Of a stretch of DNA of 32,000 bases, positions 24,384 to 31,984 are shown piece after piece. Position 1 is the first letter of the stretch; each line of letters opens with the position of its first letter. Source of the DNA: an uncultured Chloroflexia bacterium (GTDB lineage: Bacteria > Chloroflexota > Anaerolineae > Anaerolineales > Anaerolineaceae); contig OY969938.1 in assembly GCA_963704755.1 (NCBI GenBank), positions 1,920,001-1,952,000 on the forward strand. Reading direction: 5' to 3'. Under the pieces are notes generated by a model. That model worked only from the letters and a program-made list of their open reading frames with translations, was not told the DNA's origin and did no database searches. Position numbers and translations under genes: made by a program.

Positions 24384-24479
24384 AAGGACTTCTTATACAG
24401 GGAAAGCGCCAAGCAGGCTAAAACCTCCGCAGGATTCCTGGAAGTCCTTTGGCGGTATGAACAAATCAAAGGGGCGAAA

Positions 24480-25244
24480 ATGAATCCTTACGTCATCATC
24501 TTGCTCATTGTCGTAGTCGTTGGAATAATCCTCTACCTTGGACGCCAGCGGGTGGTTATTTTCGATTATGAAACCGGGGTGCTGTTTGTGAACGGTAAAT
24601 TCAAGCAACTGCTCGAGCCCGGTTTGCACACTACCTTTTTTCAAAGAAATCGAAAAGTTATAAAAGTGGATATGCGCTCACAGGCGCTGTCCATTCAGGG
24701 CCAGGAAATTATTTCTGCAGACAATGTTGGGATTCGCATCAGCCTGGGAATAATCTTTAGAGTCTCAGACGCTTACAAAGCGACGACGGCCTCGGTCAAG
24801 TACCTGGATGAACTATATTTACTCGTTCAAACAGAGCTTCGAGACATTGTAGGGGGTACTCCGATTGATTTGCTTTTGCAAAAGCGCAAAGAAATCAACG
24901 AGGAATTGTTCGAAGCGGTCCGCACCCCGGTAGCTGAATTAGGCCTGAAAGTTAAATCAATTGCGATAAAGGACATCACCTTTCCCGGGGAATTGCGGGG
25001 TATGTTTGCCCAGGTAGTGAACGCAAAAAACGAAGGATTGGCCGCCTTAGAACGAGCCCGTGGCGAAAGCGCAGCCTTACGCAATTTGGCCAATACCGCG
25101 AAATTGATGGAAAATAACCCGTCCTTGTACCAGCTCCGCTTGCTGCAGGCGCTGGAAAAAGGGCGTGGGAACACGGTCATTCTCTCCCCTAACCCGGATC
25201 TGGCCGGGATGATCACAGCAGACAAAAAATCAGGCCAGGGATAA
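24480..25244 (+). CDS. SPFH/Band-7 (stomatin/slipin-like) membrane protein
   Basis: An N-terminal TM (YVIILLIVVVVGIILYL) is followed by an SPFH core (ISADNVGIRISLGIIFRVSD ... LGLKVKSIAIKDITFP) and a C-terminal coiled region. I prefer the ATG at 24480 over the track start at 24228. Codon choice is visibly AT-richer than in neighbouring genes. Confidence 0.85.
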   Translation: MNPYVIILLIVVVVGIILYLGRQRVVIFDYETGVLFVNGKFKQLLEPGLHTTFFQRNRKVIKVDMRSQALSIQGQEIISADNVGIRISLGIIFRVSDAYKATTASVKYLDELYLLVQTELRDIVGGTPIDLLLQKRKEINEELFEAVRTPVAELGLKVKSIAIKDITFPGELRGMFAQVVNAKNEGLAALERARGESAALRNLANTAKLMENNPSLYQLRLLQALEKGRGNTVILSPNPDLAGMITADKKSGQG

Positions 25245-25251
25245 GAATTTT

Positions 25252-26877
25252 TTATTGAGACGATATGGTCTCGGTTTTCTGGAAGATGCCGGTGGCGCCG
25301 TTGGGGTGGGCGGGCGCCTCATCGGTGATCTGTAAATCACCATTGCCATCGTAGGCCCGTACCGAAAAGGTATGTTCGCCTTGCGAGGCGGGCCAGTCGA
25401 AGCGCCACTGGACCCAGGTCAGCGGGCTGTAAGGTGGGTCGCGTAGTTCGGCCGGCTGCCAGGGCCCGTCATCGACCTGGACCTCCACCCGGCTGATGCC
25501 GCGCGCTCCGGCGTAGGCGATTCCGCCGACCGGAATTGCGCCGGTAGCAGGATCCGGGCTGTCTTTATCCACCACGTCGATCACCGAAGTGGTGGGCGGA
25601 ATGGCCGTATCGCTCCACCCGCGATCCACCCAGTACCCGCGGATTTTTTGATCGACGGCCTGCATGTGGGTGATCCATTTGGGTTGTTTCATCCCAAAAT
25701 GGTTGGGGATATAAATGCGCAGGGGAAAGCCGTGCGGCTGCGGAAGCGGCTCACCGTTCATGGCATAGACCAATAAAGTGCGCTCGTCCATGGCCTCATC
25801 CAGCGGCACACTCTCGTAAAAGCCGTCCTGGGCCTCGATGTGGATTTCCACAACGCCATCCTGCAGGCCGGCCTGGGCCAGCACATCCTTGAACATAGCC
25901 CCGGTCCACAAACTGGTGCTGGTTAAATCACCGCCTAATGGGTTCGAAATGCATTCCAGGGTAATCGCCTGGGTATAAGCCGGAAATTGGCGGATGTCAT
26001 CCAGGGTAAGTTCCAGGGGATGATCGACCAACCCGTCGATCTTCAACCGCCAGGAATTCTCGTCGATGACGGGGGGCATCGCATCGATGTCGATACGGTA
26101 GAACTGGCTGTTCGAGGTGATTTCAGCGCGGGTACCCGGCGCCGGTTGGATACGCGCTTCCAGCGTCGCCTGCGGTGGGGTATCAGCCTTCCCGGATGTA
26201 GGGTTACCCTGGCCAGCACTGCCCGGATTGCCCGCGGCCGTTTGGCTGTTTTGCTCGGTGAGCAAACGTACACCGGCAGCCGCGACCAGCACGGTAAATG
26301 AACCTACCCCGACCAGCGAGAGGAACCTGCGCCGTTCGCTTGAAGTCGTTTCCGGCACCGATTCGACCGATGTGAATTCGATCAGTTTCCCCAATACCCA
26401 GCCCCAGCCGGCGAAGACCAGCAGCTCGAAAATGAGGCTGATGACCGGACCGGCTTCGGGGAAACCCAGCCAGAACATAATTGCCACGACCGGGACCAGG
26501 ACGATCAGGCCGCCAATGACTCCCATGCGGGGTAAACGGGCCGGGCGCTTGCGCCCGAGCAGGGTCAAGATGATCCCCAATACGATCCCGGCGGCAATGA
26601 AAGACAGGATCGCCATGCTTTGTTCGATCAGTTTGGCCACCTGCGAGGTCGGCCCCAGGTTGAGCCCGCGGATGGTCTTGACCATGGAATCGATGACGAG
26701 GGTTATGACGTTCCCGGGCAGCAAGCGTACCATTGCGTCGAAGACGACAAAGGCCGGGCGCGGGAGACCCGCCAGAGTGCCGGCGAGGTAATGGAAAAGT
26801 ACCAACAGGGCCGTAGTCAATCCGCCCCACAGCCCACCCAATAACCATCGCGCTCGCCTTCCTACTTTTGTAGCCAT
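25252..26877 (-). CDS. Membrane-anchored molybdopterin-dependent oxidoreductase (sulfite-oxidase family fold plus Ig-like C-terminal domain)
   Basis: About 5-6 N-terminal TM helices are followed by a Pro/Gly-rich linker. The Oxidored_molyb-like core includes TLECISNPLGG (candidate Mo-ligand Cys), FPLRIYIPNHFGMKQPKWI and a C-terminal dimerisation-like beta domain. Confidence 0.75.
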   Translation of the reverse strand: MATKVGRRARWLLGGLWGGLTTALLVLFHYLAGTLAGLPRPAFVVFDAMVRLLPGNVITLVIDSMVKTIRGLNLGPTSQVAKLIEQSMAILSFIAAGIVLGIILTLLGRKRPARLPRMGVIGGLIVLVPVVAIMFWLGFPEAGPVISLIFELLVFAGWGWVLGKLIEFTSVESVPETTSSERRRFLSLVGVGSFTVLVAAAGVRLLTEQNSQTAAGNPGSAGQGNPTSGKADTPPQATLEARIQPAPGTRAEITSNSQFYRIDIDAMPPVIDENSWRLKIDGLVDHPLELTLDDIRQFPAYTQAITLECISNPLGGDLTSTSLWTGAMFKDVLAQAGLQDGVVEIHIEAQDGFYESVPLDEAMDERTLLVYAMNGEPLPQPHGFPLRIYIPNHFGMKQPKWITHMQAVDQKIRGYWVDRGWSDTAIPPTTSVIDVVDKDSPDPATGAIPVGGIAYAGARGISRVEVQVDDGPWQPAELRDPPYSPLTWVQWRFDWPASQGEHTFSVRAYDGNGDLQITDEAPAHPNGATGIFQKTETISSQ

Positions 26878-27051
26878 CCTATACCTCTTTATTTGTAACT
26901 GCTCAATCCCACGGCCTGGAACTCAAATGCGGAGGCTAATTAGCACGCGCTTGAGGTGTTAGCTTTATTTATCATAGCGCTTTTCTATAAAAAATCTAAA
27001 AACCGTAATAATTATGTAATTAGTTGACATTGGCCGGGTATTTTAACGTTT

Positions 27052-27120
27052 AAAAGGGGGGTGTTTTTATTGTTTTTCGCGTGCTTCGCACGCGAAAAAC
27101 AATAAAAACACCCCCCTTTT
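27052..27120. repeat. Perfect 33-bp palindrome (apex GTGC-TTC-GCAC) with A4/T4 flanks
   Basis: aaaaggggggtgtttttattgtttttcgcgtgc (27052-27084) is the exact reverse complement of 27088-27120. It lies 11 nt downstream of the stop codon of the 27131-27427 ORF and upstream of the Mo-enzyme gene. Confidence 0.8.
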
Positions 27121-27130
27121 CCGAACTGGC

Positions 27131-27427
27131 CTATTGAAACCACTGCATCTGCGGCCACATCTCGGCCCAGGCCCTGCGTGCCTGCCGGCAGACGTAGATC
27201 ACATTGTGCCAGGTACTTTCCTCATTCTTGACTCCGTACTGGTTCGAAACAACGCCCTTTGCCTGACATTCGTTGAAGTATTGGCCGAGATAGATAGATT
27301 CCATGCCCACCACGATAACCGTTCCCGGTTCGCTGCCGCCATATCCGCGCGTCCACATACTGTTGCCGCCGCTGATGACCGGGGGCAAATCGTAACTGCT
27401 GCCATACAATTCCAATGCGCCGCACAA
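27131..27427 (-). pseudogene. Probable relic C-terminus of an ArnT/PMT-like (GT39/GT83-type) membrane glycosyltransferase
   Basis: The 98-aa ORF opens right after an in-frame TAG and uses a TTG start with no Shine-Dalgarno site. The upstream sequence is AT-rich and non-coding. The peptide (YDLPPVISGGNSMWTRGYGG..VIVVG...YFNECQ...NVIYVCRQARRAWAEMWPQMQWFQ) resembles, from memory, the conserved soluble C-terminal tail of GT39-family proteins. Confidence 0.4.
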
Positions 27428-27643
27428 AAACTCCCCCTAAAACCCGAAAAACCTATAAAATTAACCTAGTTTTTACTTAAATCGGTAAACATTTATGTTT
27501 GCCATCCGAAGCTAATATTAACCTTTTCGTTGTTTATTGGATCCAGGATAAGGGCCTGGCTTGCCTGATTGGAAAGCTCCTCAACAGGTTTTCTGCGGAT
27601 CCACTTTAAGGGGCAGCGATTATCCTTACAGGAGCGTTTTATC

Positions 27644-30600
27644 ATGCGGAATAATATTTTTTCTCCTACCCCTTACCGGTATCTCCTTATTGGTTTCTTG
27701 ATCGGCCTGCTTTTTCCCCTGGCTGTAACCCTGGTAGAAATTCCAACTACCGGGCAGCCCTTTTCTTGGGCTGCCCTGGCGGCAGTACAGAGCCGGCCGT
27801 CTTTATGGCTGGTGGATACGGCTCCCATTTTCCTGGGGGTTTTATTCAGCCGGCTGGGTTTGCAGCAAGCGCGCATCACCCTGGCGAAAAAAGACTGGGA
27901 ATTGACCTTCGATGCCATTTCCGACATGATCATTTTGCTCTCTATGGACGGTCGGGTGCTGCGCTGCAACCGGGCGGTGATCCAGTTCTTCAACACCTCC
28001 TTTCAGAAGGTGATCGGCAAGCCGGTGGAAAGCCTGATCCCGGGCGAACAGCCTGACCCGGCCTGGTACCAGCAAGGCGGTGAAGTCCACTTCCCGGCCC
28101 TGGAAGGCTATTTCGACGCCTCGGTTTATCCCGTCCAGGTGCAGGGGTTGCCCGACCGGCGCCTGTGCATCCTGTACAACATCACCGACCGCAAGAATGC
28201 TGAAAAAGAAATCATCCGCCAGAAACAATATTTCGAGGCCCTGGTGGATAACAGCCCGGCGGCCATTGTGGTGATGGATGTCCATCAACAGATCGTCTCC
28301 TGTAACCCGGCCTTCGAGCGTTTGTACGGCTACAAGTGCGACGAAATCATCGGGTCCGACATCGATTCGCTGATTACCACGCCCGAAACCTCGCGCGAAG
28401 CCACGGAAATCACCCGCCAGGTGATGAACAGCGCCGTCCACCGCATCGGCCAACGGCGCCGCAAGGATGGCTCGCCGGTGGACGTGGAAATTTTCGGTGT
28501 GCCGGTCTCGGTGGCCGGCGAGAAGATCGGCGTGCTGGCCATCTACCACGACATTTCCGAGCTGGTGCGCGCCCGCCAGGAAGCCGAAGAGGCCAACCGG
28601 GCCAAGAGCGAGTTCCTGGCTAACATGAGCCACGAGATCCGCACCCCCATGAACGGGGTGATCGGCATGCTCGAGCTGGCCCTGGATACCCAGTTGACCA
28701 ACGAGCAGCGCGAATACCTGGGGATCTCCCTGCAAAGCGCCGAGATCCTGCTGACCCTGATCAATGACATCCTGGACTTCTCCAAGATCGAAGCCAAGCG
28801 GCTGGTGCTGGAAAATATCGACTTCGACCTGCGCAATGCCGTCGAGGACGTCGCCTATTCGCTGGCCAAACGCTGCCAGGACAAAGGCCTGGAAATGGCT
28901 TGCCTGATCCACCCCGATTTGCGCCCGGACGTACGCGGTGACCCGGCCCGGCTGCGCCAGATCCTGGTGAACCTGATCGGCAACGCGATCAAGTTCACCC
29001 CCCAGGGTGAGATCGTCGTGCGCGTCGAGCCGGTTTCCAACACCGACAAGGACATGACCGTTAAATTCTCGGTCCAGGATACTGGCGTGGGCATCCCGCC
29101 TGATCGAAAGACCATGATTTTCGACCGCTTCACCCAGGCGGACAGTTCAACCACTCGCCGCTTCGGCGGCACCGGGCTGGGCCTGGCAATTTGCAAGCAA
29201 TTGGTAGACGCCATGAATGGAACGATCGGCGTGGAAAGTTCCGTCGGGGTTGGCAGTACCTTCTGGTTCACGGCCACCCTGCAAAAGCAGGCGGCAGTCA
29301 AAGAAAAACAGCCCCAACCTGAGTTCGAGCCGGTTGAGCTGAAAGACCTGCACATCCTGGGTGTAGATGATAACGCCACCAACCGCATGATCCTTGCCAA
29401 GATCGTCACCGGGTTCGGCTGCCGCATCGAGACGGCTGCATCCGGAGCCAAAGGCCTGGAAATGCTGCAAACCGCGGTCCGCACCGGCGATCCCTACCGG
29501 GTCGTCCTCCTGGATATGCAAATGCCGGGCATGGACGGTGAGCAAACTGCCCAGGCGATCAAAGATGACCCCACCATCCAGGATGTCAAGGTCGTCATTT
29601 TGACCTCAATCGGCCAGCAGGGCGATGCGGTCCGGCTGGAAGCGCTGGGCTGCTCGGGTTACCTGAACAAGCCGGTCAAACAACAAATGCTTTACGAGAC
29701 TTTACTGGCGGTGATGGGCCACAAGGGCGACCTGGGCAGCAATATGATTACCCGGCACGTGCTCTCGGAACAGAAACGCCAGGAACTGCGCCTTCTGCTG
29801 GCCGAGGACAACCCAATCAATCAGAAACTGGCCGTGGTCATCTTGCAAAAAGCCGGCTATTCGGTCGATACGGTCGAGAACGGCCGCCAGGCGGTGGAGC
29901 AGTGGCAAAAACGAGCTTACAATGCCGTGCTCATGGACGTGCAGATGCCGGAAATGGACGGCTTCGAAGCCACCCAGCAAATCCGCGCCCTGGAAGGCGA
30001 CCAGCGCCACACCCCCATCATTGCGATGACTGCCCATGCTCTGAAAGGTGACCAGGAGCGCTGTCTGCAAGCCGGTATGGACGATTACGTCTCCAAACCG
30101 CTCGACCGCCCGGGGTTGATGAGAACCCTGGAGCGCTGGACCCAGCCAAAAGCTGAAAACGCCGCCCTGAGCGAAGAAACCGGGCCGGCCGAGGTTGAAG
30201 ATTACTCCAGTGCAACCGAATCATTTGACTTCATCGAAAACGCCTTCGAAAGCGAAGGTGGCTTTTTCGGCGAAGAGGCCCCCGAGCAAACGAACGAACC
30301 GGCAGAGATACCGAGTGAAGATCTCGACCTCACGGCTGAAGACCTGCCCATCGACCTGACCTCCGCTCTGGCTCGCTTCGACAATGACCGGACCTTCTTC
30401 CTTGAAATGTGCCAGAGCTTTATCGACAATATCCCTGAGCGGATCAGCGACATCAAGAAAGCACTGGAAGCCGGGGACGCGAACACCTTCAGCCGACATG
30501 CCCACAACCTCAAGGGCATGTCGGCCAACTTCAGTGCCGATGCCGTTACCCACCTGGCCCGCCGGTTGGAAGAATTGGGCCGCGAGGATAACCTGGCGAA

Positions 30601-30685
30601 GGCTCCCCTGCTGATCGAACACCTGGAAAGCGAGGTCGTGCGATTGCGCGAGGCTTTCGTAGAAATCAAAACCCTTACCGATTAA
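27644..30685 (+). CDS. Hybrid sensor histidine kinase: TM region, PAS, PAS, HisKA, HATPase_c, REC, REC, Hpt
   Basis: H-box SEFLANMSHEIRTPMNGV, N-box LVNLIGNAIKFT, G-boxes DTGVGI and GGTGLGLAI. REC1 has ILGVDDNATN..LLDMQMPGMDG and REC2 has LLLAEDNPINQ..VLMDVQMPEMDG..DDYVSKP. Hpt has SRHAHNLKGMSANF. I prefer the ATG at 27644 (GGAG Shine-Dalgarno) over 27569. Confidence 0.9.
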   Translation: MRNNIFSPTPYRYLLIGFLIGLLFPLAVTLVEIPTTGQPFSWAALAAVQSRPSLWLVDTAPIFLGVLFSRLGLQQARITLAKKDWELTFDAISDMIILLSMDGRVLRCNRAVIQFFNTSFQKVIGKPVESLIPGEQPDPAWYQQGGEVHFPALEGYFDASVYPVQVQGLPDRRLCILYNITDRKNAEKEIIRQKQYFEALVDNSPAAIVVMDVHQQIVSCNPAFERLYGYKCDEIIGSDIDSLITTPETSREATEITRQVMNSAVHRIGQRRRKDGSPVDVEIFGVPVSVAGEKIGVLAIYHDISELVRARQEAEEANRAKSEFLANMSHEIRTPMNGVIGMLELALDTQLTNEQREYLGISLQSAEILLTLINDILDFSKIEAKRLVLENIDFDLRNAVEDVAYSLAKRCQDKGLEMACLIHPDLRPDVRGDPARLRQILVNLIGNAIKFTPQGEIVVRVEPVSNTDKDMTVKFSVQDTGVGIPPDRKTMIFDRFTQADSSTTRRFGGTGLGLAICKQLVDAMNGTIGVESSVGVGSTFWFTATLQKQAAVKEKQPQPEFEPVELKDLHILGVDDNATNRMILAKIVTGFGCRIETAASGAKGLEMLQTAVRTGDPYRVVLLDMQMPGMDGEQTAQAIKDDPTIQDVKVVILTSIGQQGDAVRLEALGCSGYLNKPVKQQMLYETLLAVMGHKGDLGSNMITRHVLSEQKRQELRLLLAEDNPINQKLAVVILQKAGYSVDTVENGRQAVEQWQKRAYNAVLMDVQMPEMDGFEATQQIRALEGDQRHTPIIAMTAHALKGDQERCLQAGMDDYVSKPLDRPGLMRTLERWTQPKAENAALSEETGPAEVEDYSSATESFDFIENAFESEGGFFGEEAPEQTNEPAEIPSEDLDLTAEDLPIDLTSALARFDNDRTFFLEMCQSFIDNIPERISDIKKALEAGDANTFSRHAHNLKGMSANFSADAVTHLARRLEELGREDNLAKAPLLIEHLESEVVRLREAFVEIKTLTD

Positions 30686-30706
30686 TCTCACTATAAAGGA
30701 GTTTCA

Positions 30707-31927
30707 ATGGCCCCTAGAATTCTCACAATCGATGACGAGCCCATGTACCACACCATGATCGCACGGGCGCTGGAACCCCTGAACTGTCAGATCAGCACTG
30801 CCGAAGATGGCACCCAGGGTCTGGCCATGGCAAGGAACCTCAAGCCGGACGTGATCATCACCGATGTCGTCATGCCGGATATCACCGGTTACGAGGTGAC
30901 CCGCCTGCTGCGCCGCGACCCCGAGTTCGCTCACGTGCCCATCCTGGTGCTCACCGCCCAAACCGGCTTGCAGGACAAGCTCAAGGCTTTCGAAGTCGGC
31001 GCGGACGATCACCTGACCAAACCTTTCGAGCCGGCCGAACTGGCCGCGCGGGTCACTGCCCTTATCCGCCGGGCCGAGGTCAATAAAGCCGCCGAGCCCT
31101 CCGCCGTGACAAAAGAAAAAGCCCGCCTGATCGCCCTGCACAGCTTGCGCGGAGGCACCGGCTGCTCCAGCATGGCGGTCAACCTGTCGGTGGCGCTGGC
31201 CAGTTTGTGGAAGAGCCCCACCATCCTGCTGGACCTGACCATGGTCGCCGGCCAGGTAGCCCTGATGCTCAACGCCACCCTGAAGCGCACCTGGGCGGAC
31301 CTGGCCCGCTTCAAGCAAAGCGATCTGGACATGCAGGTACTTTCCTCAATCGTTTTCCAGCACGAAAGCGGGTTGTCATTCATCGCCGCGCCGACCTTCC
31401 CAAGCGAAGCCGAGACTATCGATACCGAGACCCTGGCGACGGCGGTGCGTATTTTGCAGCAGCGCTACGATTACATCGTGGCCGATCTGCCGCACGACTT
31501 CAGCGAGATCAGCCTGCAGACTCTCGATCTGGCCGACATTGTCCTGCTGGTCGCCTCGCCCGACCTGGCCTCGCTGCGCGCCGTGGTTGCAGCCATGGAT
31601 ACCTATAAAAAATTAGGCTATCCCACCCAGCAGATCAAACTGATGCTGAACGCGACCTTCCCTAAATCCGGGCTGTCGAAGGACAAGATCGAATCCGCGG
31701 TCAAGATGCCCATCACCGTCACTGTGCCCTACACCCAGGAACTGTTCGTGGAAGCAATCAACCTGGGCATGCCGCTGGTTTTCGATAAACCGGAGGAGGC
31801 CGTCTCGGGTCTGCTGGAAGATTTTGCGTTTTATTTGAGCAAGGAAAGCCACAAAAAATCCAGGCCGCAAAACCCCAGTGACGCCTGGACGCGGGTCTAT
31901 AAACGCTATAACAGCCGCAAAAAATAA
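30707..31927 (+). CDS. Response-regulator receiver fused to a CpaE/TadZ-like (MinD/ParA-fold) domain
   Basis: REC has ILTIDDEPMYH..VITDVVMPDITGYEV..LTKPF. The MinD/ParA-like part has a deviant P-loop, SLRGGTGCSSMAVNLS, in place of KGGxGK[ST], then DYIVADLPHD (Walker B-like). AAGGAG Shine-Dalgarno site. Confidence 0.78.
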   Translation: MAPRILTIDDEPMYHTMIARALEPLNCQISTAEDGTQGLAMARNLKPDVIITDVVMPDITGYEVTRLLRRDPEFAHVPILVLTAQTGLQDKLKAFEVGADDHLTKPFEPAELAARVTALIRRAEVNKAAEPSAVTKEKARLIALHSLRGGTGCSSMAVNLSVALASLWKSPTILLDLTMVAGQVALMLNATLKRTWADLARFKQSDLDMQVLSSIVFQHESGLSFIAAPTFPSEAETIDTETLATAVRILQQRYDYIVADLPHDFSEISLQTLDLADIVLLVASPDLASLRAVVAAMDTYKKLGYPTQQIKLMLNATFPKSGLSKDKIESAVKMPITVTVPYTQELFVEAINLGMPLVFDKPEEAVSGLLEDFAFYLSKESHKKSRPQNPSDAWTRVYKRYNSRKK

Positions 31928-31931
31928 AAAA

Positions 31932-31984
31932 ACGAATTTGATGTGGTTGCCGGGGCAAAGCCCCGGCAACCACATCAAATTCGT
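31932..31984. terminator. Perfect 25-bp palindrome (apex GGGC-AAA-GCCC), a probable terminator and repeat-family member
   Basis: acgaatttgatgtggttgccggggc (31932-31956) is the exact reverse complement of 31960-31984. It begins 5 nt after the stop codon at 31927 and shares GAATTTGATGTG with the palindrome at 2630. Confidence 0.7.

Noticed and set aside
24228-24479. N-terminal 84-aa extension of the SPFH ORF
   Set aside because: It covers the tRNA-like fragment and has no SPFH homology. The ATG at 24480 begins the expected N-terminal TM helix.
26878-27051. Molybdenum-cofactor riboswitch upstream of the Mo-enzyme gene
   Set aside because: The position is plausible, but I could not recognise the conserved Moco-motif helices or loops by eye. 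An Infernal scan would be needed, so it is not reported as a feature.
27487-27500. 14-bp palindrome aaacat-tt-atgttt upstream of the hybrid kinase
   Set aside because: It is a short AT-rich palindrome in AT-rich DNA, which is expected by chance. It has no second copy and no associated regulator.
27569-27643. Upstream start for the hybrid kinase
   Set aside because: The ATG at 27644 has a GGAG Shine-Dalgarno site at proper spacing and begins the hydrophobic N-terminus. The extension shows no feature supporting translation.
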